From contig JAQGDQ010000383.1 of assembly GCA_030141605.1 (NCBI GenBank), positions 124,001-188,000 on the forward strand: DNA of 64,000 nt, in the 5' to 3' direction. Below are positions 29,898-41,800 of the stretch, piece after piece. The position numbers were made by a program, and so were the translations under genes. The notes beneath the pieces are model-generated. The model made no database searches and had not been told where the DNA came from. It saw nothing but the letters and a program-made list of their open reading frames with translations. Position 1 is the first letter of the stretch. Every line of letters starts with the position of its first letter. This stretch comes from Tubiluchus corallicola. Taxonomy: Eukaryota; Animalia; Priapulida.

Positions 29898-32800
29898 CAT
29901 ATGTAATTTATAATGTATATATATATATATACATACAATATATATAATGTATATATATATATACATACAATATATATAATGTATATATATATATATATAC
30001 ATACAATATATATAATTTATAATATTTATAAATTACATAATAATATTTATAACCTATACCTGTTCATTGATAATTACATGTCTACAGGATGAGAATTGCC
30101 TAGTGAAGGAAATGGAAGCGGAGAAGTGTAAATTTGTAGACAAAGTTTCTATACAAAATCTAGTATGAATGAAATCACAAAATCTATATGAGCGAAGAAT
30201 CACAAAAAGAAGTAATCCTGTCAGCTGAATAATTACGTAATGCAGTTCCATCACTGTTGTTGAAAAGCTAAAGGTAATACTTACACCCATGAATCTGCTT
30301 CAGATTGCTCTGAATATTCGCCATGTCCATAACTTTCATCTCCCATATCTAGGCCAGCGCAAAGAAAGTACAGTTATTAAAATCTATGATATGGAAAGGC
30401 ATTGTTGTTTTGCACACGTAGGCCTAAGGAAATTGTAATATAGAATAAGCAAATACTGTATTGTAAAAATAAAACGAACAAAATTTCTAATACACTTTTC
30501 TTCCACAATGCTTCTGATACGGCCCACAATGCGAAATGCAAATGCAAATTATTAAACTTAACTCCGACTATAATCGATTTCTTACTTGTAAGAATGTATT
30601 ACTGCATGTGTGTGTGTGCGTGCGTATGTGTGTTATAATATGAGTGAATATAGCCTATGTACGTTTGAAGGACTTATGCCCTATATGGTAATGCAGAACT
30701 TCAACATTATCTAAAAATAATAGTTTCAATAAAAATGATAAATATTACCGCCACTTTCATCCGATGCTTCTCTGCGTTTTCTTACTACAGGTTCACCGTC
30801 TTCAGTAGTAGGAAAATCTGAAAGGATTAATATGATAGGCATGTATAGTAACTGTGCAAACTTCTGGTGTTATTTTGGAGATCGGATGACCTCATTTTAT
30901 TTGTTATGCTTTGTCGCAACACCTAAAATAAGATAGGCGTAGTCATCAAGCGTTAATTATGTTTCATCACGTATTAAAGGATTCTATTCTCACGGCAATG
31001 ACGTGTTTACTTTAACGTCCCAAAAGAGCTCTACATTTATTGATTTTGGTACATTTTTTGTGATATAAGCTTGAAAATAAGACTGCATGCAGGGTTTCTC
31101 AAGAGTAAGCAGCCTGAGGAGTTTCAGGTTTTTCCAATAGGTAACACTTTCTGCGGAAGTGAAGCTTTAGGAACAAAGAAATTAAATAAATGGTAAGAGC
31201 AAGCAATAACGAATAATCAAACGAACTTTCACACAATTACACAAAATATGTAACAGAATAACATCAGGTTCATCAACAATTTACCCTTAATAACCGAACA
31301 TTGCAAAAAACACACACAACGGAATGCAATGACTTATTGTCTCCTTGTGTACACATCTTCTTTGCCATAATAATAACTTCTAGTTTGGTTATGGCTGAAC
31401 ATCAACCCCAAGTTTTCAAGCAGAAAAACAATAAGCTAGACTGATGTTGTCCAAATTCTTTGGTGCAGATACGATTATTAATGTTTTTGCACTTTTAGAA
31501 AGTAGAAAAAGTACTTGTTTAAACCGATACTTTCTGCACTTTTTACTGCATAAAGAGGCACAGCGAGAAGATATCGATGGTATATTTAAATAACTTTCTT
31601 GCATGTAAAATAGTTTGATAATAATTGTTCTTCGGTCATCGATTAGCATTTTGAATAAATGTTGACGTATCTTTGGCTGGTGTTGCACATGTATCTTCAT
31701 TTGCAGCAATTGTATCATTGCCTGAAACTGCAGTTTGTTTTTACTTGCTGCAGTTGTATCTGGTTAGTGTTGCTGTTGTGTCTTCATCTGCCCCTGTTGC
31801 TGTTCAGTGTGCAGTTATTTGGTGCAATTATGACAGTACTTGTTGGCGCAATAATAGTGTCACCTGCTAGAGCGGCATGTTTGCCTGATGCTGTACTGTA
31901 ATTTCATTCGCTGTAGGTGTGAGCTTGTCTGGTGCTGATGTTGCACTTCAAGTTGTGGCAGTTGCATCTGCATTTAAAACACGTGGTTGTAACTGCATCT
32001 TGTCCAGCTATTATTACTGCAACTATTTCTTCTCTTAGTATTTTTATCGCTTTATCTACCAAAGTTGTGTTTGCGTCTGTTGCAACGCATGCGGCTTCAT
32101 CTGCTGCAATTCTATCCCTTCTTGTGTTTTTGAAGCGCTTTCATTTGGTAGAGTTGTCCCTTTTTCTAGTACTGCTGTTGTAGCTTGATCTGCAGCAATC
32201 GTGTATTTGCCTATACCCGAGATGTTGCTGTGCTGGCTACTTGCTCCAAATGTACATTCTCCAAACATTGCTGCTGTGTAATTCTTGTTGCAGCTGTATC
32301 TCCGCAAATGCAGATGTCCTTCTTTTAAATGTCATCGTTTCATCTCCTCTTTGGTGTAACCTTGGTCCCCTTTCTCTTACTGTGCTTGTATGCTTTTTGG
32401 TATCATCTCAACTATTTTTTATGATAGCATCTTTAATTGCTGTGGCTTTGTTGTTCAATAAGGCACAATCACGTCTCCCTTTAATTCGGGTTTCCTCTGA
32501 TGTAGTTGTATCCTTGGTTGTTGCTATTTGCACGTGCTGTTGCTATTGATTATTGAGTGTTGTAGGTTCGCCTGACTAGTCTAGTCTTTTTATTGTTGGC
32601 TACATCTGATGAAGTTACCGAATTACCCTCTAACGTTGTTTTAGTTCTTCTAGTTGCAGCTATTTCTGTATATCCGAAAATCCAGGTCCAAATAAATTAC
32701 ATTAAATTATTTATTCTTTCTCGTTTTAGTGTGTAGGTGCACTTCTTCAAAAAGCAGTATAAACAGAACAAAATAAAATACACATGCACAAATAAATGAC

Positions 32801-35800
32801 ACGTTTGCAAGGTAAACGCGATTTGACGCATGGCGACAGTACAAAACCAAGTTAAATATATCACCACAACATATAAACTATATAAAATTCTGCGGAGCCT
32901 GAAGAACAAAATGTTAAAGTGCTACTTTGAGAAAATAAGCAAAATCTTGGAATTATTTACTTTGAGACCAAGCAGAACAAAAAGACTGATTGATAATTGC
33001 TGTGAGTGCAGTAAACAAAAAAACAACAACTGAGCGTTAATAATTTGAAACACACTAATAATTACAAAGTAAAAGAGGAAAAATCAGTTGTAAGGAGGCA
33101 GTAAAGCAGTAGGTGTAGAATAAAATGTATAACAAAATAATAAAAAGTATGGCTATAATAAGCGGTTACAACACATTGCTAAATTATAAACTACAGGCCA
33201 GTAAAACACAGTCGCTAATTATGCAATATTAATTATGGCGATGTGCGGCATTCTGGATAAGCAAAGTTGATATGTGAATAAAGCATGTAAATAAGCAATA
33301 AGCAGCACATTATAAATAATTGGCTGACAAAGCAATTCCAAGGTAAGCATGCATACAGAAACATCTGCATTTTCATGTACTTCTGTTTCTGTATTTCTTT
33401 TTGAAGCCTCAGCTGTAATTTCATCTCTTGTTGTTTTTCATTTTGTCTGAAGATGCAGTTATGCTTTCACCTTCGGTGTTTTCTGTATTTCCGCCTGAAG
33501 TTCCTGTTGTGTTTTCATCTGTTGCTGTCTCTGCATTTCCATCGGAAGCTCCTGTTGTGTTTTCATCTGCTTTTGTCTCTGTATATCCATCTGAAGCTCC
33601 TGTTGCGTTTTCATCTGCTGCTGCCTCTTTATTTCCACATGAAGCTCCTGTTGTATTTTCATCTGCCGCTGTCTCTCTATTTCCACCTGAAGCTCCTCTT
33701 TTGTTCTCATCTGTATCTGTCTCTGTATTTCCACCTGAATCTCCTGTTGTGTTTTTTTTCTGCCGCTGTCTCTGTATTTCCACCTGAAGCCCCAGATGTG
33801 TTTTCATTTGTTGCTGTAACTGAATTACCACCTGAAGCTCATGTGCTGTTGTCTCCATGTTTGCATCTGAAGCTCCTACTGCGTTCCCATTTACGAAAAT
33901 TAAATTGTAAAAAAGTAACTAAGTTGAAAAACTGAGAATCGAATAGAAAGTAACACAAATAAAAATAAACTATGCACTAAACAGCGGTCACAACACACTG
34001 TTATCTATACACCATGAGCAGCTAAACACACAGTAGACAATGTGCAGTACAATAATGATGGGGTTGTGCATGTAAGCAAAGCTTTTGGAAGCATGCGTTC
34101 TAAAATATCTATGTTTTACCTCTGGTGTGATTTCTTGGTTTCCACTTCAAAACATGAATAAAACATGTCTAATTCATAAAGCATGTTAAATAATGTCTAA
34201 ACATACAAAATAATATGCTGACAAGCGCCAAGAAATTAGCATGTCTTGCAAAAGATGCCTACAGAAACACTTGTATTTTCATCTGCAACTGTTTCTGTAC
34301 TTCTTTCTGAAGTTCCAATTGCACTATCGTTATCTGTTGTTAATAACTTGACTTGTAGACACAGTTGTGTTCTCACCTGACATACTTTCTGAAGCTCCGG
34401 TTTCATTTTCATCTGTCGCTGTTGCTGTATCTCCATCTGAAGTTCCAGTTGTGTTTTCGTCTGATACCTTCATTGTGTTTTCATCTGTCGCTGTCTCTGT
34501 ACTTCCACCGAAAGCTCCGGTTGTGTTTTCATCTGTCGCTGTCTCTGTACTTGCACCGGAAGCTCCGGTTGTGTTTTCATCTGTTGCTGTTGCTGTATTT
34601 CCATCTGGAACACCTATTGTGTTTTCATCTGTTGCTGTTGCTGTATTTCCATCTGATACACCTATTGTGTTTTCATCTGTTGCTGTTGCTGTTTTTCCAT
34701 CTGAAGTTCCTGTTGTGTTTTCGTCTACCGATATCCCTGTATTTCCATCAGAAGTTTCACCTGCAATTGAAGCATTTTCACTTGTTGCTGTAACTGTATT
34801 GGCATCAGTGTTTGCTTCGCTGTTTGTATTCAGCTCAGTTGTGGCCAAGCTTCCATAACTTGTGTCTGTTTGACCTAAGTCAGCAGTTATGCTTACAAAT
34901 AGATCTCCACTTGTATTTTCTGAGAAAGAAGGATCAGTGGTTTCATCTATTTCTGTACCTGTGTAATCTGGACTAGTCTGTTTTGTAGATTCAGCTGAGG
35001 TGTCGAACTCCCAAAGTGAACTATCGTCGGTTAATGGCGTTGTATTTGTTTCTAGGGTATCCATGTCCGAGGTTTCAGTTGTATTGTTATAGTCATCGTC
35101 ATCGCCAGATTCTTCAAACACTTCAGATATGTAAGTGCTATTTGCATGTTTTTCTCTGAGTTCTGCCTTTAGAACTGGTCCAAAATTTACTGATGGCCAC
35201 CAGGACTGAGCAATCGAATAATCGAAGCTTCTTGTCCTGAAAATTAGATACTTCTAGTAGCTGCAATGTATTTAAAATGTCATTATAATGAGTTAATCTC
35301 CTTTTATGATCTTTTTTCAAATTAAATCGAATTATTTCACTCCAGCAATGGTTATTTATAGACTAAACATACAAGATAAATAGACTAAACAGTGTAAGGA
35401 AAAAGTAATTGATGAAATCATGTTAACGAAGAAAAATATTTGCTGCATGGCACCTTGAAATAATTGCTTGCTAGGGTGCCACAAATGAATGAATAGGAAA
35501 TGGTTAGGGCTAGTAAACTCGGTAGAATGGAAGAATAGTGAGATTTGGGATAGGAAGAAAGAAGGGAGGAAAGAAAACGAACATACTGTGAGTTTTAAAT
35601 TGGATAATTGAAAACAATGTAAAATAGGAAGCCAGCCATTGCGAACTTAGGAACTTAAGATGGTTCTTTTTATGTAGATGTGAGATAAACCTCAGAACAC
35701 TTGTTTGCTTACTGACATGTTTTTACTAACTTGATGGCGTAATGGTCATGCGAAATTAAACAGTGACGATACCACACTTTTCAAAGACTGTAGATAGTTT

Positions 35801-38800
35801 TGTACATTTTTGCCTGGGCACCTATTTTATTCCTGTTGTTGCGGACAAAAAGTTTAATAAAGTGCTTGGCAACATTGTAAAATGACATTTTGGGTTCTCA
35901 GTGATTGGATTTGTAAAGGAACTAGGAAACAAATTGTGGTATGTCTTGTGCATACAGATAGATAAATGATTTGTAATTAAGCCTTTCAGAATTAATATGC
36001 CACATACCACAGAATTAAAGGCAACATTGGTACGTTTAGATAAGTTACTAAATATCTAATATAATACCTTTAGATAAGTTATTAAATATCCGAGTAGTAT
36101 TAAAAATGTTAGTATTCTTATAAACTTTTTTATGCCTATATAATGTTGTTAAATTGGATGTTGCAAAAAGAGTATAAGGGAAACGTGCAAATTTGCTTGC
36201 ACTTGCTCACACGATTACAAAGGACATGTTATATTTTTGTGTACTTATTTTCATGGTGACTTAATAATTAACACCCTCAAAATTTGGAAATGCTGTTTAC
36301 TTAAGGATTTCTGAAGCTTACCACATTAATAGAACCATACAAAATGTAAGTTTTAAACTTACTGGCAGGCTACTTTGCAGCCACATTTTTCGTCTTCTGG
36401 ATGAGTATTGTCAATAATTGCTTTTGAACAAGCAAGTGCAGCTGAAAAAATCAAGTAAAATTAAAAATGACGCAGTGACAAAGAACGACTTTGAATTAAG
36501 TACAACAATGGTGACTGCTAGCAGCAGCAGCAGCAACGACGACGACACCACCAACAACAGCAGCTGCAGGAACAAAGACGACGACGACAACAACAACAGC
36601 GACAACGACAGCAACAACAACAACGACGAACGACGACGACAACAACAACAACAACAGCAACAACAAATCAAATCAATTTATTTTACTCCAGCAATACATA
36701 TACAGTACAAAACATCAACATACAATATGATTAAAAATAAACAGTATAGGCAAACAAAACATTGATGAAGTCAAATTAACCAAATAAAAGAGTTGTTGTA
36801 TGACACCTTGAAAGCTTGGCTTGTTAAGGTGGCACAAATGAGTGAATGAAAGAATGGTTAGGGCCAGTAGACATGATGGAATGGAAAAAAATAGTGAGGT
36901 CAGGGATAGGAAGAAGGAAAAGAGGAGAGGAAACGACCACAGTGTATGTTTAATTTACATAGAGCTATATTAAAATAGTATTATAATTGATTGGAAGCAT
37001 TAAAATTGTATTATAAGTATGAATCAAAAATGGTTCTTTTCAAGTACTTTTTGAAACTATAAATAGCTTTGTGTATTTTTACTTGGGCACATTTTACTCC
37101 AGTTGTTGGGGGCTGCGAATTTAAAAAGTGCCTGGCACTATTAGTACGACAGTAAGGGACATGATATTCATTGAACCTTGTAAAGTAATATTTAGGATTT
37201 GCTGTAATTGGATTTGTAAAGGAAGTGGGCAACAAGTTGTAGTATGTCTCGTACATATAAATAGACAAGTGATATATAATCAAGTCTTCGAGAATTAATA
37301 TACCACATTCATTAAACAAGGACATACCAACAGTGGTACGTTTAGATAAATTGTTTAATATTCTTATAAACTTTCTTTGATGCCTAGATAAATTTACTAC
37401 ATTGGATGGATAAGATGTACCGAATATAATGCAGCAATAAATTATCATTCAGTTTGTCTCATCGAGACCTTTCATTTGATACACTACTAGGTAGTTTCGG
37501 TCGACATTGGTAGGCATTTGTCTCCTCGACCCCTATTTTGCCCCATAGCGGGGTCGCAGGATAACTATTCTCATTGTAACCTATGCCATCCGATCTGTCT
37601 CATCAAGACCTTTCATTTGATATGCTACAAGGTATCATTGTTAACACTCAGTGCACTTCTGTTCCGGACCCCCATTTTCTGTGTGTTTGCCCCATGGCGG
37701 GTTCGCAGATTAGCTATGCACATTGTAACCTATGCCACTCGATCCGCCTCATCGAGACCTTTCATTTGATGTGCTACAAGGTACCATTGCTCAACACTCG
37801 ATGCACTTCAGTTCCTGACACCCATTCTTCGGTTTTTGTCCCCTAGTTGGGTCAGAGATCAACCAATAGCTGAGTAATTATTACCATTCAATTTGTCACA
37901 CTGAGACCTTTCATTTGATATACTACAAGCTATTTCCAGTTGACAATGAAAGGCATTTCTTTCCGCTACCCCTATTTTGCTCCCTAGCGGGGTCGCGGGT
38001 TAACTATTGTCATTGTAAGCTATGCCGTTCGATCCGTGTCATCGAGACCTTTCATTTGGTATGCCACAAGTTACCATTGCTCAACACTTAGTGCGCTTCT
38101 GTTCCTGACCCCCGTTTTTCGGTTTTTGCCCCTAGCGGAAAATTTTGCCATACGCGCACATCCCATATTTTGTGATGTGCAAGGCCGCAACACCTAGCAA
38201 CATACCAAATATTGTGGCCCTAGCTCAAAAACTATGGGAACAGAGGGATCATAAAGAAAAATAAATAAAGACCCGCCCGCTCCGTGACCTTTGACCTGGC
38301 CACTCCGGTTACATGTATACGTATATAACTTTGCCCAGAAAGTGCACGCTGTGAGTTGTCAGTCCCCAGCTCTCAGCATGTAAAAGGTCTGCAATTGGGG
38401 GACCATCTTTCCCACGGTGCCCAAATACTTGTGAAAAAAATTGGAAAAAACCGAAAGCCGTAGGAGGAGATGCGACCTAAAGGAAAAATTGACCAATACC
38501 CACTGCCCTTTCCCCGTTGGCCAGTGGTCACGGGTTGCCACACTGCTCTACGTCCCCCACCCAGGGCTACCAACCCTGTGAGTTTGGTGACCCTAGCTTG
38601 CAAGGCTTAAGAGCTATTAAGCGTTAAAGTGGCGGAGAATAAATAAATAATAACTGAATGATAAACAGTAAGATTTTGCTATAGCAAAATTGTGAAAAAA
38701 AATTTCTATAGCAAAATCTTAATTATATTTTTAACCCACCTGCTCTGAATCATTTCGAAATTTAAGTAGCGTTTACGTAGCATCCGGATATGCGTTTCCA

Positions 38801-41800
38801 CCTGCGGAACAGATCCAGAAAAAATCAATTTGAAAAACAATATAACGCACCACCAAAACGCATGCGCATCAGGATGCTACGGAAACGCCACTTAATACAT
38901 ACCTTTATTTCTGCGTTCGGTCATATAGAAAATTTTAGACCAGCCATATTTGTCACTTTTAATTGCATATTTCTCAGTTTTCAAAAAAATACTAAATTAT
39001 TAGATAATATTAACGTATATGTACAAATAAGATAATAATTAATTTCAAACGCTTATTATTGTGGGTTCATGATCAAAATATCAGTGCCATAATGCGGATT
39101 GTTAAGCGAAGTGAAAATGGCGGCATTTTTGTTGTGGAAAAGTTCGGCCTATCTTGTTGCATCCAGTAAATTCATTTTAAAGATTTCAAGGAATTCTTGG
39201 ACCTATTTCAGAATATTAACACGTTTAAAAGATATTTAGAAAGTTAACTGCACAAGGTACATACCAGCGTTTGTGCACACGGTGTGATACTGTAAGACGC
39301 TTAAAAATGCGTAAGAATAATGAATACATCCACACGTTTTTGCCATTTCCTCTATACTGCAGCTCACCCCACAAGCCTTAAAACATTAATAACATCATGA
39401 TTATTATTTAAGTAACGATGTATGGGTCATTGCATAATGCATAATGCAATTATCCATAATATGAGTACGTTCTCTGAATGAATTACTGAATGAATGCTGT
39501 AAAGTTTTAAATACGGTATCTGAACAGACACAAACATGATCTGCTTCAATGTCATATCATTGCGAAGCAGCAGCATCAAACTCTTAACGCCATGAACAGA
39601 ATTAAAAAGAAAATGAATCTGGCAGACGGCAGGTCATCAACTAGGATGGCCTATTTTCTTTTAGAATTCTTCATTGCCGTCTAAATTTTATGGGCCCAGA
39701 TATGTCGCTTTTTCCACTGATTTAAAACGATCAAATTTTCTGAATTCAAAAAGTGCTTTACCTTTAAACTGTAACTGTCATTTGGAAAATATTTGGAAAT
39801 TTTTTCTTTTGCTTCTTCAACTTTCGTACAGTTTCCGTGCGGAGGTATAACTCTCTTCAGTTCAGTCTGAAAATTTTGTTGAAATTTCATTCTTACTGGT
39901 ATGGTTCAGTTTGCAAAATGGGATTCTTTTAGTTTGCTCTGTCAGTTGGAACTCAATAAAATGGAATGATAAATAGCAATATGGCACCTACATTGACAAA
40001 ATAAAACAGTCAATTCGACCCCATACCCATATTTTATTTAGTAAGAAGCGTTATAGTAAGTTGCTGTGATATTGTAGTGCAACGTTTTTTATTTTAACCA
40101 TTTAGTTGACCTCGGCAATACCTGAACTGTTTTTGAACTGACAACAAAGCTTGAAATTTTTAGTCTTCATACAGTACTTTCCACTTATGATAGAAATGTT
40201 AGTGTTTACTGTTGGTGATATTCTTACTGACATTCATACTGTAAGAACGGAAAATTATTTGTTCATTGGTATCCCAAAGCATGTCGAAACTACTTTAACA
40301 AGACCTCTTATTAGCGCTCGTAAATTTGCAATTGAAATCGGTAGATATCATAAGCCGATTAAAAATAACCGTATAATACGAGTATGTAAAAATTGTTTGA
40401 ATAAAGTAGAGGCTGAATTAGATGTAATTACTGAATGCGCATTGCTTGCTCAATTAACAGAAAAACGTTTTGGTAATCTTTCTGATTTTTGTACTAACGT
40501 GCAGTATATGTCTCCTAATAAAAAGTTTGTGTTTTTAAATTCGTCACAAGATGCAGAAGTTATAAAAACTGCTGCTTGACTGGTCCAGAAGATCGTTGTT
40601 TGCTGACAAGCCTGACTGATTAGTTACAATAATTATATGATATCAAGACTGTTTATACGTATATATGTTGCTTTGTTGTACGAGTTTATATGCTTGAACC
40701 ATTATGCCAAAGACGTGTGGTTTCTTATAGCATTATTGTAGTCTGTTCCGTTTTCATGTTAGGTGTATACAGTTTTTCTCTTCTGTATTCTGTTCCTCAG
40801 TTCACCAAACAGTATCATACTCCTGGTGATATTATACGTGGTTCAATTGTGACTGTCTAACGTGATCATCCTTGTGATTATCCTCTATGTGAATAGTAAT
40901 TTGACTTGACTATATACGCTATACGTTAGTAGGTCTTGCAAGAAAACTCGCAAATGTGAACGCGCGCAATAATCCTATAGCGTCAATGTAATTGGGAGTG
41001 TGAGTACTTGAAATATTTCATCAAAACCGTCACGTTTTTTACGTGCAGTGCCTCATTTGCCGTCACAGATGCCAAAGCTTTCAAAGGGACAGGGAAGAAA
41101 GAACTATACCCTCCTTTGCCTAATGCAGCTCCACTGATGTTTACAATTATTACGCCAGTGAATACTACACATGTGAGATATTCAACTTATCACGTGCTTG
41201 TTTGACAAACTTTATATTAATCAAATAAAATATTAAACTATTATATTAAATGATTTAGTTATTCATTTCATTACTATACAGTTGAACAAACAAGCAAGTG
41301 GTAATAAAGATTTTACAATAGCAATATAAAATGACTATGGAACGAATCCTTAATAAATTGAAATTTTTGAAGCCAAACTTACTTGAAAAGCAGTGTGCGA
41401 ACCTTATCGTGATAAGGTTTTTGCATTGCCTAGATTTGAATGAAATACCGTTTGCTTACCAGGCAGACGCCATAACCGCTTGTCTGTCCTCAGCGGTCAC
41501 AATAGGCTCTAGTTAATCCTTATAACTAATTACAACGAGTTAAATTAATTTTATTTGCTTCCTTTAGAATCCGAAGTTTTCCATAGTAGTTAATAAATGT
41601 TTCTGATATGGTTTTTGGCTATTACCACTTTTACTGCAATGGATGTTTCAAAGTTGGGTGCAACATCTATTCCCTCTTGTATCGGAAAAGGCGTGTTCCT
41701 TTGGTCATGAACCACGATTCGAAATCCAGCTGCATTAGCAATTTGACCAATGTAATTTTGTTGATTTAAAAACAGCGTCAACTTTAGACCTATATAAATA

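Noticed and set aside
33428-34858. Plus-strand repetitive ORFs (SSVAVAVFPS, LLLLYFHL)
   Set aside because: Antisense shadows of the minus-strand repeat that is in frame with the channel.
37464-38060. Regularly spaced gagacctttcatttgat as a CRISPR array
   Set aside because: The intervening sequences are about 130 bp and homologous to each other; eukaryotic intron; no cas genes.
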